Below are positions 36,595 through 50,509 of a DNA stretch of 64,000 nucleotides, one piece after another. Origin of the DNA: Mobula hypostoma (lineage: Eukaryota); assembly GCF_963921235.1 (NCBI RefSeq), contig NC_086097.1:187676001-187740000 (forward strand). The letters are read 5' to 3'. The position numbers and the translations under genes were made by a program. The number at the start of each line of letters is the position of its first letter. Position 1 is the first letter of the stretch. The notes under the pieces are model-generated. The model ran no database searches and had not been told where the DNA came from. It was given only the letters and a program-made list of their open reading frames with translations.

Positions 36595-37335
36595 ACGCTG
36601 CTTGCAGTAGGATTTGGACCAACTGGAAAAATGGGCTGAAAGGTGGTAGAGGGAATTTAATGCAGACAGGTGTGAGGTGTGTACTGTGGCAGGACCAAGC
36701 AGGGTAGGCCTTATACACTGAACGTTCAGTGGAACAAAGCGACCTGGGAATACAGGTCCATAATTCATTGAAAATGGCTTTACAGATACATAGCATCATG
36801 AAAAGGCACATTGGCCTTCAGAGATCAATATATTGTTTACAGGAGATGGGATGTTATGTTGAAGTCACCTGCCTAGAAGAAGGATATAAAAAAGCCTGAA
36901 AGAGTACTGAGAAAATTTACAACAATGTTGCTGAGACTGGAGGACTGGAGCTGAATGTTAGAAGTTTATTCATTAGAACGTAGAAGATTGAGGGGAGATT
37001 TGATTGAGATGTACAAAATTATGAGGTGTATAGACAGGGTAAATGTAAGCAAGCTGTTCCTGTTGAGCTTGGTTGAGATGACAATTGAGGTCATGGGTTA
37101 AAGGTAAAATGTTTAAGGGGAAATTTCTTCACTCAGAAGATGGTGAGAGTGTGGAATGAGCTGCCAGTGCAAGTGATGGCTGCAATCTGAATTTCAATGT
37201 TTAAGAGAAGTTTGGGTATATACATGGATAGGAAAAGTATGGACGACTGTGGTCTGGATGCAGAGCAATGGGACTAGGTTGAATTGGTTCTGTATGGACT
37301 AGATGGACCAAAAGGCCTGGTTCTGTACTGTAGTT
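36595..37335 (+). mobile_element. Degenerate CR1 LINE 3' fragment
   Basis: DLDQLEKWAE remnant, RRLRGDLIEMYKIMR remnant, CR1 3' UTR. Confidence 0.8.
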
Positions 37336-39034
37336 TTCAAAAAAAGCAATAAATATGAAGAACATGCGATGAAGATTCCTTGAAAGTGAGTAAGTAGGTT
37401 GTGGGAACAGTTCAATGATGGGGCAGGTGAAGATGAGTGAAGTAATCTCACTGGTTCATGAGCCTGATTGTTGAGGGTAATAACTGTTCCTGAAACTGCT
37501 GGTGTAAATCCTGAGGCTTCTGTCCCTTCTTCATGATGGCAGCAATGAGAAGAGAGCATGACCTGGGTGGTGGCAGTCTTTGATGATGGGTGCTGCTTTC
37601 CTGGGCCAGCACTCCATGGAGAAGTTTTCATTGGTGGGAAGCGCTTTACCAAGATGGACTGGGCCACATCTACTACTTTTTGTGGGATTTTCCACTCAAC
37701 TGTTGCTGAGCCACAAACATCTGTTTATTGGCAGTAGTATTGGTTTATGAATGTCAAATGCACCAAGGTACAGTGAAAAGCATGTCTTGTCAACTGTTTA
37801 TAGAGATTAAAGCGTTACACAGAGCTGAAATAAAGTAAAATAAATTGTAAAGGAGTAAAAGCTACTGAAAGAATGCAGTGCATGTAGAGTGCAAGTTCAT
37901 AACCAGGTAGACTGTAAGGACAAGAGTCCATCTTATTGGTCAAGGGGTCCCTTTAAGAGTCTGATAACTATGAGATAGAAGCTGTCGTTGAAATTTCTTT
38001 AGTCTCCTGAGGAAGTAAAGGCACTGAGAGTGCCAGAATAGTCATGTTGCGCACCAGAAGGAATTGATTAAGAAGCAGACCCTCCCCCCCTTTCTGCCTC
38101 TAACTTTGCCATCCAGTGAACTGGGAAGCCCTCAGGTTGAAAGGTGCAATCAAGCATAGTGCCACAAGCCACATTTCAGTGAAATATAGCACCCAACAGC
38201 TCCTTAGTTTAAAAGTGTGTACTGTTGGATTTTGGAGGAAAGCATGGATTAATCATTGCAAATTTTATGGAAGAAAAAATATAATAAATATTTTAAAAAT
38301 CATGGAAAGTCACAAGTATGGTTTGGACAAGAGAGGTATTTTTTAGTTTGCTGTTCTATTCCAGGTTCATTTTCTCTGGCCTTTCTTTTACATTTATTAC
38401 TCTGAATTGTATCCTCACTGCTATTTCATTAAGTGAGGGCAGGAGGGGAGTGTGAGTTCAAAGGAGATGTACATGGCAAGTTTTTTTACACCGAGGGTAG
38501 TGGGTACCTGAAATATGCTGCCAAGGGTGATCGTTCAGGCAAGTATGATAGAGGTGTATAAGAGGCTCTTAGGCAGGTACACAAATGTGCAGAAAATCGA
38601 GGGATATGGACATTGTGTGATCAGAAGGGATTAGTTTAGTTAGAAATTGAATTACTCGGTAAATTAATTTAGCATAACATCGTGGGCTGAAGGGCTTTTT
38701 CTTCTGCTGTGCTATGTTCTATGTTTTATATATCATATAATGGAACTGAACAGGGACAGACTGTATAGGCTGTTCTATGATGACAATGAGTGAGGTTAGT
38801 CATTCACTGAGTTAATAGCTTTAAAAGGCTGTTTCAGCTGAGTGACTTGTTGCTGCAGCTGACTGACAAATGCTGCCAGCTGGCATCCTGGTTATTGTAA
38901 AGAAGATCCTGTCTCTTTGAGGACTGATTTAACTTGCATCTGGTTGATAGGTTGCAGCCAGATCCTAGTTGCCCCAAGTCAGCCTGCAAACATTGGGCTG
39001 CTGGAATATCAGGCAGTTCAGTCAGGCTTCGGAC

Positions 39035-39865
39035 CAAATGATCTGTCCTGGGCCCAGCACATAAATATCATCCCAAAGAAGGCACAACAGCACCTCTACT
39101 TCCTCAGAAGTTTGTGTAGATTTGATATGTCACCACGAACGTTGACAGACTTCTATAGATGCATATTTGAGAGTTTACTAACTGGTTGCATCATGGCCTG
39201 GTATGGAAATACCAATGGCCAGGATTCAGAAAATGGCAGATATAGCCAAGTTCGTCATATGCATAGCCCTTTCCACCACTGAGTACAAATACAATACATT
39301 GAGTGCTGCCACAAGAAAGCAGCATCCATCATCAAAGATCCCCACCATCCAGGCCATACCCTCTTCTCACTACTGCCATCCAGCAAAAGCTACAGAGCCC
39401 TTAGGTTCAGGAACAGTTATTACACCACAACCATCAGGCTCCTGAACCAGTGTGGATAACTTCATTTGCCACTACTCTGAACTGATTCTGTGACCGGCAC
39501 GCTCACTTTTACAACTTATGTTCTCAGTATTCCTTTTTCTCCTATAAAAAGCTCTTCAGTCCATGAATCCTAATGAAGTGTTTCAGCCCAAAACAGCGAC
39601 TCTTTACTCTTTTCCATAGCTGCTGCCTAGCCTGCTGAGTTCCTCCAGCATTTTCTGTGTATTGGTTACTTTTTCTTTGCACTGTTTGTCTTTTTTTGCA
39701 TATCGATTGTTTGTTAGTCTTTGATTATGTGTAGTGTTTTTTTTATAAAATTCTATTGCATTTCTGTTTTCCTGTAAATGCCTGCAAAAAAGTAAATCTC
39801 AAGGTAGTTTATGGTAACATATGCATGCTTTGATAATAAATTTACTTTGAACATTGAACTTTGAA
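39035..39865 (+). mobile_element. Rex1/Babar-like LINE 3' fragment (with a Penelope unit at about 39560-39662)
   Basis: DLSWAQHI...KKAQQHLYFLRSL...FYRCIFESLLTGCI.AWYG; shared tail. Confidence 0.85.
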
Positions 39866-39924
39866 ATGGAGGTGATGTTGCAACTTGTGCGATTGTAATC
39901 ATCCAGATGCTCCAGTACAATTGC

Positions 39925-40860
39925 AAGTTCAGTTTATTGTCATTCAACCACATACATGTATACCACTAAACATAACAACGTTCCTCCGGACTAAGGTGCA
40001 CAACACAGTACATGTAACTCACACACATAGCACATAAAGTAATACAACCATGCCTTAAATTAACAAATAATGAGGTGCATTTCCAACATAAGTTAAAAAG
40101 CAAACAGTATAACTCTTTATTCATGATAAGACCTGTGTGGTGTCAGTAGTGTTACGGTCTGGAGGAAGAAGCTGTTTTCCATCCTAACAGTTCTGGTCTT
40201 AATTCGATGATACCTCCTGCCTGATGGTAGGGGGTCAAAAAGATTGTTGAAGAGATGGAAGGGATCATTAATAGTGCTAAGGGCCCTGCGTACACAGCTC
40301 TCCTAATAAATATCTCTGATGGGTGGAAGAGAGACCTCCATGGTCTGCTCAGTGGACTTCGCAGTCCCTTGCCTTGCAATTGCTGTACCAGCTGGTCAGG
40401 TCCTGTAATAATTTGTTAGAATGGCAGTGGGGGGAGCCTTGCTCGTTTCAATCTCCTGAGGAAGTAGAGACGCTGCTGTACTTTCCTAACCAAAGAGGTG
40501 GTGTTGAAGGACAAGGTGAAACTGTCCATTACGTGCACTCCCAGAAACCAGGTGCTCCTAACTCTCTCCACAAGGAACCATGTATGCAGTGAAGAGAGGT
40601 CAGCCTACACCTTCTTAAAGTCCACAATCATCTCTTTGGTCTTGCCCACGATGAGACTCAAGTTGTTGCTCTCGCACTATTCTACCAGCCACTCTCCCTC
40701 CTCTTTGTAAGCCCCCTTCGTCGTCATTGTTGATGAGATCAACCTCCATTGTGTCATCAGTCAACTTGATGATTTGGTTCAACATGGATCTAGCAGTGTA
40801 GTCACTGTCAACAGTGTGAACAGCAGTGGGCAGCTCTGCAGAGTGCCAATGCTCAGTGTG
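39925..40860 (-). mobile_element. Rex1/Babar-like LINE 3' fragment (second tail type)
   Basis: IIKLTDDT..DLINNDDE remnant; tail tgaatgacaataaactgaacttg, shared with 26937-27245. Confidence 0.8.
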
Positions 40861-41511
40861 ATACAGCAAGAAATGTCTCTGTTTATTAAGTTCAAATTAA
40901 TAAAACAAAGGAAGAGAATTCCCCTTTTGTTGTTTTAGTTGGGCCTCCATAAAGAACATTTTTAAAAAGAACAATTGTCTTAGAGGTGAAAAAATAATTA
41001 CAGCATGACTTTTAACTATAGATTGTATAAATACTGAAAAAAAATTAACACATCAGCAAAGTTAACAAATAAGTCCAATTAGTGAAGCAGGTAGTAAATG
41101 TTGTGGTTCTCACCCAACAGAAAACCCCTTTCTGTTTTCAGTAGTCACATGATGGAGCTGGTTTTCACTCTGGCCCAAAAAGTCAAAACTGGTGGCAGAT
41201 GGCTGTGCCACACATGTTGTTTAAACATGACATCAACGTTATCTGCCTAATGTTTAAAGCCCAAAATTACAACCCGGGAAAACAAGAAATAAGTCAAATT
41301 CAAGCAAATTTGGGGCCAGTTCTGCAACATGAAGCAGCAAAAAAAGAATAAAGGAAATGAAATGCTATTCCGTTAACAAGGAATTATCAGGTACAATGTT
41401 CACAAAATGATCAATGTTCAAAAAATATATACCTTGACTTTCATTTTAGAGATCTACATTTAGTCCCGGTTTGTAAAAAAAATGCTTTTCCGCATTCTCC
41501 CCCACACTCTC

Positions 41512-41534
41512 CACACACAAACACACACACACAC
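41512..41534. repeat. (CA)n microsatellite, imperfect
   Basis: cacacacaaacacacacacacac. Confidence 0.85.
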
Positions 41535-42666
41535 CTCAGGAGAAGCAGTATGCAAGCTTTTTATAATTTATTCGCCAAAGCTTACCGTCATGCAGCTTTC
41601 TGTCACTCCAACCAAAATGATTATGAAGGCAATGGGCTGCAAATTTTCTGATCGTTAAAATCACACCCTTTGTTTTTTTTAATCCCGATAACATGCCTGT
41701 CCCAGAATGCAAAGTCAGTTCCGGTGGACTGGGCAGATGAGATCTATAGTGAGATCCAATGGACAGGAAGACAGTTCATTTATATGGCTTTGATACCCTT
41801 TTGTATTGAAGACAGTAGATTAAAGCCCAAGGCCATGAGGCAGAACATCACCAGCATTAAACTGAATTAAAATTGTGGTACGGTGTAGCAATCAGGTGAT
41901 GTTAAATTGAGTTTAAAAAGCTTGTAGACGTTAGGGATTTCAAAGCAACTGAAAATGATGGAGTGAGATTGTACACTTGATTAATACTTCAGCAGATTCT
42001 ATTTTCTGTTCATTTACCACTCAACAATACTTTCCTCAGTACTAGAAGATGAATACTCCCTGGACACAGCATAATTGAACTGAGACTAGGTGTTATTTCC
42101 AGAAACATTCACATGGAATTGCATCTAGCTATGGGATCTGTGTATACTGACAATGTAAAGTGAAAGTGAGAGTGGCAAGAGATAGCAGCATTGAGTTATC
42201 AAGGAACTGTTATTTTCACCAAGTTTACTAGTGTCATTGATGAATTAGGATAGGATAGCAAGCTATCTTGGGAACCTAATTTTAAAGGATTAGCTCATAA
42301 ACCATGCATTTCATACATTGTCTGAATTGATATGTTCTTTAGAGTGAATATTGTCAACATTAAAGCAAAAGACAGTATAATTTCATTATTTTTGTATTTT
42401 CACACTGTTTGAACACACAAGTTGGTGCAGTCTTTCATTGATTCTATTTCATTATTATCCTATTATAGATTTATTGCGTATACCTGTAAGAAAATGAATC
42501 TCAGGGTTGTATATGCTGACATGTACGTACTTTGATAATAAATTGACTTTGAACCTTGAACTTTAATAAGTACCTAAAAGGGTACAGAATGTGAGCATAA
42601 AATTGCTGCAGCTCCAGGTGGTGATTGAGCCAGATGTTAAACAGTGTTGAGTAACAACCACAAATT

Positions 42667-43171
42667 CGTAAGGCCAGTGATGTTGTGGGGATGGAACTGG
42701 ACTCTCTCACGGTGGTGTCTGAAAAGACGATGCTGTCTAAGTTGCATTCCATCTTGATCAATGTCTCCCATCCACTACATAATGTACTGGGTGGGCACAG
42801 GAGTACATTCAGCCAGAGACTCATTCCACCGAGATGCAGCACTGAGCATCATAGGAAGTCATTCCTGCCTGTGACCATCAAACTTTACAACTCCTCCCTT
42901 GGAGGGTCAGACACCCTGAGCCAACAGGCTGGTCCTGGACTTATTTCATAATTTACTGGCATAATTTACATATTACTATTTAACTATTTATTACTATTTT
43001 TCTATTACTATTCTATTACTATTTATTATTTCTATGACTATTACTATTTACTATTTACTAATAGTAATATTACTATTACTATTTCTATTACTATTTATTA
43101 TTTATGGTGCAACTGCAACGAAAACTAATTTCCCCCGGGATCAATAAAGTATGACTATGACTATGACTATG
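42667..43171 (+). mobile_element. Rex1/Babar-like LINE 3' end, same family as 10813-11770, 7-bp TSD
   Basis: Near-identical C-terminal ORF (GMELDSL...LGGSDTLS), (ACTATG)n tail, expanded AT-rich tract at about 42970-43100; acaaatt duplicated at 42660-42666 and 43172-43178. Confidence 0.9.
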
Positions 43172-43280
43172 ACAAATTAACACTGCAGTTGTCTGCTTGA
43201 TGAGGAGGTAAGATACTCCAGTAGATTGTGTCAGAAACAATTGACAGAAAATGAGACTTCACTTAAAGCCACTCTGATAT

Positions 43281-44325
43281 GGATCCTTTTCAGAATGGCA
43301 GGCAGTGACTAGTGGGGTACCGCAAGGCTCGGTGCTGGGACCGCAGCTATTTACAATATTCATTAATGATTTAGATGAAGGGATTAAAAGTAACATTAGC
43401 AAATTTGCAGATGACACAAGGCTGGGTGACAGTGTGAAATGTGAGGAGGATGTTATGAGAATGCAGAATGACTTGGACAGGTTGGGTGAGTGGGCAGATG
43501 CATGGCAGTTGCAGTTTAATGTGGCTAAATGTGAGATTATCCACTTTGGTGGCAAGAACAGGAAGGCAGATTACTATCTGAATGGTGTCAAGTTAGGAAA
43601 AGGGGAAGTACAATGAGATCTGGGTGTCCTAAAGTCTCTGAAGGTAAGCATGCAGGTACAGCAGGCAGTGAAGAAAGCTAATGGCATGTTGGTTTTCATA
43701 ACAAGGGGAGTTGAGTATAGGAGCAAAGAGGTCCTTCTGCAGTTGTACAAGGCCCTGGTGAGACCCCACCTGGAGTATTATGTACAGTTTTAGTCTCCAA
43801 ATTTGAGGAAGGACATTCTTGCTATGGTGGGAGTGCAGTGTAGTTTCACTGGGTTAATTCTCAGGATGGTGGGAATGTCATACGTTGAAAGATTGGAGCG
43901 ACTGGGCTCTTATACACTGGAGTTTAGAAGGATCAGAGGGGATCTGATTGAAACATATAAGATTATTAAGGGATTGGACACGCTAGAGGCAGGAACCATG
44001 TTCCCGATGTTGGGGGAGTCCAGAACCAGAGGCCACAGTTTAAGAATAAGGGGTAGACCATTTAGAACGGAGTTGAGGAAAAACTTTTTCACACAGAGGG
44101 TTGTGGATCTATGGAATGCTCTGCCTCAGAAGACAGTGGAGGCCAATTCTCTGGATTCTTTCAAGAAAGCATTAGATAGAGCTCTTAAAGACAGCGGAGT
44201 CAAGGGATATGGGGAGAAGGCAGGAACAGGGTACTGATTGTGGATGATCAGCCATGATCACAGTGAATGGTGGTGCTGGCTCGAAGGGCCGAATGGCCTA
44301 CTCCTGCACCTATTGTCTATTGTCT
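43281..44325 (+). mobile_element. CR1 LINE 3' portion (family B)
   Basis: [21 protein letters not shown] and KFADDT motifs; tail cctattgtctattgtct. Confidence 0.92.
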
Positions 44326-45519
44326 GTAAACTGGGGGGTAGGGGTAAGGGTACAGTGTATCAAAATTAGCAAGTACAACTGCCTATGTAGTAGTAAACCA
44401 TGAAAAAGGCCAGCCTTGAAAAAGATGGACTGGCTGAAAAAAAATCAAGCTAGATTGAAAGAAGGTCTTCAGTGCTGTGGCGTCACATCTGCACCACGAA
44501 AGGTATGATGATGTGATCAGACACTCAGCATATTAGCTGAATCTTTCATCAGTCTGATCTTGCAAACTAAGGTTCCCATTGTATCTGCTGTCTCATTCCT
44601 CTGCGATAACACTGCTAAACTTGGGGACCATCTCCAAGTTTGCCAATGTCAAAAAACGTGGATCTGCTGTGAATTGCAAAGAGGATATTAATACGCTTCA
44701 GACTATGGAGGGATTGATGGAATGGGTGGATATAAAGTGCATTTAATTAAATTCTAAGAATTGTAAATTATTTAAAGGGCTTTACGAATAGGGAGATTTG
44801 GTGGTATTTGTAAAGAGTTCAGTGAAATTAACAGGGCAAGATGAGAAAGGAATCGGAAAAACTTACAGGATCTTTGGCTTTATAAGTAATACAGGACAAG
44901 AACAGGAATGATAGATGTACATGAAAGACAAACCAGGTCATCATATTAAGTCCAGTTCTGATCTGATACGTTAAGAAAGATATAAAGGTTTTCTATAGGG
45001 TGCAGTTGAGTTCTGCTAAACTACTTCCAGACATGAGGGAATTTAGATACACATCTGGATGGACTACAGAAGCTGCTGATGCTCTTCTTGGAATAAAAGA
45101 GGTTGCAAGGGAATTGATGGAGGATTTTATAATCATGGAGGCTCTTGGAAGTGTAGATAAGAGAAACTGTTTAAATTAGTGAAAGAGTCAAGAAGGAACA
45201 TAGAATGAAGGTGATTAGCAAAGAAATCAAAGATTAACAATAAATATTAGCTTTATTAGTCACATGAAACATGCAGTGAAATGCATCTTTTGCATCAAAT
45301 CACATCTGAGAGGATTGTATTGGACAGTCCACAAGTTGCAGTCGTGGATAAGGACCATTCAGAAATCTGATGGTGGAGAGGAAAACGCTGTTCCCAAATC
45401 AATGAACGTGGTTCTTCAATATCCTCTACCTCCTACCTCATGGTAGTAATGAGAAGAGAAGATGGTGAGGGTCTTCAGTGATGGATGCCACCTTCTTGAG
45501 GCATTGCCTCTTTAACCTA

Positions 45520-45890
45520 CCGAATGTTGAAAGGACGAGATAGCGTGGATGTGGAGAGGATGTTTCCTGTGGTGGGGGTATCCAGAACTAGAGGGCACTG
45601 CCTCAAAATTGAGGGGAAACACTTTAGAATAGAGGTAAGAAAGAATTTTTTTTACCCAAGAGTAGTAAATCTAGAGAATTCTCTGCCGCAGACTGTAGTG
45701 GAGGCCAAGTATGTGAGTATATTTAAGGTGGAAGTTGATCTCTTCCTGATCGGTGAGGGTATCAAAGGATATAGTGACAAGACAGGTGTATGGGGTTGAG
45801 TGGGATCCGGGATCAGCCATGGTGGAATTGTGGAGCAGACTAGATGGGCTGAATGACCTAATTCTACTCCTATGTCTTATGTTCTTATAG
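45520..45890 (+). mobile_element. CR1 LINE 3' fragment inserted in a minus-strand Rex-like relic
   Basis: ORF 45524-45799 ...SRTRGHCLKIEG...; tail cctatgtcttatgttcttat. Confidence 0.85.
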
Positions 45891-46021
45891 TCAAAGATGT
45901 CCTCAGGTCTGGAAGGTCGTGTCTGTGATGGAGCTAGCTTCTCTACAGCTTCTTGCAATCCTGTAGATTGGAGTTTACATACCTGGCTCTGATACAGCCA
46001 GTCAGAATGTTCTCCAACATG

Positions 46022-47585
46022 CAGTGCCTGTAAAAAATACTCTCTGCCCCCCCCCCCCCGGAAGTTTTCATGTTGGATTGTTTAACAACATTGAATCACA
46101 GTGGATTTAATTTGGCTTTTTTTTTTGACACTCATCAACAGAAAAAGACTCTTCTGTGTCAAAGTGAAAACCGATCTCTACAAAGTGATCTAAATTAATT
46201 ACAAGTATAAAACACAAAATGATTGATTGTATAAATATTCACTCCCTTTAATATGACACACCAAATCATCACTGGTGCTGCCAATTGGTTTTAGAAGTCA
46301 CATAATTAATTAAATGGGAATCACCTGTGTGTAGTCAAAGTGTTTTAATTGATTGTAGCAAAAATACACCTGTATCTGGAAGGTCCAACTGCTGGTGAGT
46401 CAGTATCCTGGTAAAAACTACACCATGAAGACAAAAAAGTTATTGAAAAGCACAGGTCAGGAGGTGGATACAGGAAAATTTCCAAGTCACTGAATATCCA
46501 TTGGAATACAGTTAAGTCAATCATCAAGAAATGGAAAAAATATGGCATAACTGTAAATCTGCCTAGAGCAGGCTGTCCTCAGAAACTGAGCAACTGCAAG
46601 AAGGGGACTAGTGAGGGAGGCCACCAAGAGAACTATGACAACTCAAGAGGAGTTACAAGCTTCAGTAGTGGAAATGGGAGACATTGCACATACATGGGTG
46701 CTTCACCAGTAACAGCTTAATGGGAGAGTGGCAAAGAGAAAGCCACATTTAAAAAAAAACTCACATGAAATCTCAGGTAGAGTTTGCCAGAAGGCACGTG
46801 GGAGACTCTGAAGTCAGCTGGAAGAAGGTTCTATGGTCTGATGAAACCACAATTGAGCTTTTTGGCCATCAGATTAAAGCTATGTTTGATGTAAGCCAAA
46901 CACTGCATCTCATCAAAATCACACAATCCTTACTATGAAGCATGGTGGTGGTTGCATCATACTGTGGGGATGCTTTACTGCAGCAGGCCCCAGAAGGGTT
47001 GTGAAGGTAGAGGGTAAAATGAATGCAGCAAAATACAGGGAAATCCTGGAGGGAAACCTAATGCATCTGCAAGAGAATTGCAATGTGGGAGAAGATTTGT
47101 TTTCCAGCAAGACAATGGCCCCAAGCATAAAGGCAAAATTACATCGGAATGGCTTTAAAACAGCAAAGTTAATGTCCTGGAGTGGCCAATTCAGAGTCTA
47201 GACCTCAATCCAATTGAGAATTTGTGGCTGGACTTGAAAAGGGCTGTTCACTCACAATCCCCATGCAATCTGACAGAGCTTGAGCAGTTTTGTAAGTAAC
47301 ATTGTGGAAAAATTGCAGTGTCCAGATGTGCAAAGCTGATAGGGATCTATTCACACAGACTCAAGGCTATAATTGCTGCCAAAGGTTCATCTACTAAATA
47401 CTAACTTGAAGAGGGTGAGTAATTATGCAATCAATTATTTTGTGTTTAATAATTGTAATAAATTTAGACCAATTTATAGAAATTAATTTTCACTTTGACA
47501 TGAATTAAATCCACTGTGATTCAATGTCATAAAACAATAAAACATGAAAACTTCCAAGGGGGATGAATACTTTTTATAGGCATTG
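46022..47585 (+). mobile_element. Full-length but defective Tc1 DNA transposon
   Basis: TIRs cagtgcctgtaaaaaatact...aatcacagtggatttaatt and aattaaatccactgtgatt...atactttttataggcattg followed by TA. Transposase from about 46425 to 47404 with [27 protein letters not shown] and TKY-stop; frameshifted. Confidence 0.93.
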
Positions 47586-47806
47586 TACATCCATAGCAGG
47601 AGTTTCTGAGGCCAAGAAGGGAAAAATTTACATCTTTATTTTCACTAACCTCTAACTGAAATTTAGTATTTACTTTAATAATGAATGTGGGCAACAAGCC
47701 ACAGTAGTATTAGCAATACCTGTGAATTTGTATTTTTTTATACTTTGATAATTGTATTTCAATGTAACTGGTTTATTTTGTAATCCTATGCATTTTATTC
47801 TGTATA

Positions 47807-49473
47807 GAAACCATAGAAAAACTAAAGCACAGAAACAGGCCTTTTGGCCCTTCTTGGCTGTGCCGAACCATTTTCTGCCTAGTCACACTGACCTGCACAC
47901 GGACCATATCCCTCCATACACCTCCCATCCATGTATCTGTCCAATTTATTCTTAAATATTAAAAAAGAACCCGCATTTACCACCTCGTCTGGCAGCTCAT
48001 TCCACACTCCCACCACTCTCGGTGTGAAGAAGCCCCCCCTAATGTTCCCTTTAAACTTTTCCCCCCTCACCCTTAACCCATGTCCTCTGGTTTTTTTTCT
48101 CCTCTTGCCTCAGTGGAAAAAGCCTGCTTGCATTCACTGAATCTATACCCATCATAATTTTATATACCTCTATCAAATCTCCCCTCATTCTTCTACGCTC
48201 CAGGGAATAAAGTCCTAACCTATTCAACCTTTCTCTGTAACTGAGTTTCTCAAGTCCCGACAACATCCTTGTAAACCTTCTCTGCACTCTTTCAACCTTA
48301 TTTATATCCTTCCTGTAATTTGGTGACCAAAACTGAACACAATACTCCAGATTTGGCCTCACCAATGCCTTATACAACCTCATCATAACATTCCAGCTCT
48401 TATACTCAATACTTTGATTAATAAAGGCCAATGTACCAAAAGCTCTCTTTACGACCCTATCTAACTGTAACACCACTTTTAGGGAATTTTGTATCTGTAT
48501 TCCCAGATCCCTCTGTTCTACTGCACTCCTCAGTGCCTTACCATTAACCCTGTATGTTCTACCTTGGTTTGTCCTTCCAACGTGCAATACCTCACACTTG
48601 TCTGTATTAAACTCCATCTGCCATTTTTCAGCCCATTTTTCCAGCTGGTCCAAGTCCCTCTGCAGGCTCTGAAAACCTTCCTCACTGTCTACTACACCTC
48701 CAATCTGTGTATCATCAGCAAATTTGCTGATCCAATTTACCACATTATCATCCAGATCATTGATATAGATGCCAAATAACAACGGACCCAGCACTGATCC
48801 CTGTGGCACACCACTAGTCACAGGCCTCCACTCAGAGAAGCAATTCTCTACCACCACTCTTTGGCTTCTTCCATTGAGCCAATGTCTAATCCAATTTACC
48901 ACCTCTCCATGTATACCTAGCGACTGAATTTCCCTAACTAACCTCCCATGCGGGACCTTGTCAAAGGCCTTACTGAAGTCCATGTAGACGATATCCACTG
49001 CCTTCCCTTCATCCACTTTCCTGGTAACCTCGTCGAAAAACTCCAAGAGATTGGTCAAACATGACCTACCACGCACAAAGCCATGTTGACTCTCCCTAAT
49101 AAGTCCCTGTCTATCCAAATGCTTGTAGATTCTGTCTCTTGGTACTCCCTCCAATAACTTGCCTACTACTGACGTTAAACTCACCGGCCTATAATTTCCC
49201 GGATTACTTTTCGATCCTTTTTTAAACAACGGAACAACATGAGCCACTCTCCAATCCTCCAGCACCTCATCTGTAGACAGCGACATTTTAAATATTTCTG
49301 CCAGGGCCCCTGCAATTTCAACACTAGTCTCCTTCAAGGTCCGAGGGAACACCCTATCAGGTCCTGGGGATTTATCCACTTTAATTTTCCTCAAGACAGC
49401 AAGCACCTCCTCCTTTTCAATCTGTACAGTTTCCATGATCTCACTACTTGTTTCCCTTAACTCCATAGACTTC
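47807..49473 (-). mobile_element. Young 5'-truncated CR1 LINE (family C) with uninterrupted RT domain and 7-bp TSD
   Basis: 471-aa ORF 48051-49466 carrying all RT motifs; ctgtata duplicated at 47800-47806 and 49474-49480. Confidence 0.95.
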
Positions 49474-50509
49474 CTGTATATTTTAAAACATTGTTCTGAA
49501 ATGGCTTCACCAGACTGCCAAAGCGGCCCATGGCATAAAAAAGTTCAAGAACCCCACCCCTGATCAAAAGGAATTTGCAATAGTCTTTGACATACCACTC
49601 TCTTCAAAACCTCTAACTAAGTAGAGTGCTGGCATTTGTGATTGCATCAATGTGATGGGCCCAAGATAGATCCTCTGAGATGCTGACACCCATGAACTTT
49701 AAGTAATTTCCACCTATGACCCTCAATGAGGGGAGGTGTATGTTCCCCTGACTCCCCTTCCTAAACTTCACAACCAAGTTCCTGATTTTGCTGATGTTGT
49801 TTAAGAGTTATTGTTGTAACACCAGCCCTTCAACTGATCTCTCACTCCTGTATGTCACTCCTGCATTGCCATCTGAGAATTTACCAACAGCAGTAGTATC
49901 ACCTGTGAATCTATAGATGGTATTTGGGTAGTGCTAAGCTACCCAGTCATGAGTGTAGACAGAATAGAGCAGTGGGTTAAACATGCATCCTTGATATTGG
50001 ATCTTGAAGATCATCTCTGTAGATCAGCCCTCACCAAAGTAGTATCTGGATATGTATCATAATGATTGCATTATCTAGAAGTGTGTTTAATGAAAGAATT
50101 TTTTTATTCTAACCAACAATGAAATCCAGTTAATTGTTCTCATGATTATCTTTCATATTTCATATTAGTACTGATTTGAAGCAACAGGAAGAAATATTAA
50201 TAGACCAAAACAGCCAATTGTATTTTTTTTTGTTGTTCAGAATCGCTATCGACATCCTTTGCATCCATTTGCGTAACCGTAATTAGGCTTAGAAATTGAA
50301 TATCGCATTCTGTGTTATGTTTTATGAGAGTTGTATGGTTTATATTATGTAGTTCATGTTACTTCATTGATCATATTTTATCATTTGACTGGTTGCCAGC
50401 TGTTATTTTCACATAGAAAGTTTCCAGGCAACTGGGCCTGGAAACAGTGGGATATACATAAGTACATATTTGTCTTTGGGTTTTAGGTATCACTTGCATC
50501 CACTGTGAT

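Noticed and set aside
42960..43171. CRISPR-like or satellite array
   Set aside because: Low-complexity TATT/TACTA expansion and (ACTATG)n tail of a Rex LINE; no repeat-spacer structure, and the DNA is vertebrate.
46425..47404. Active or domesticated Tc1 transposase
   Set aside because: Multiple stops and frameshifts; the longest open piece in the track is 88 aa.
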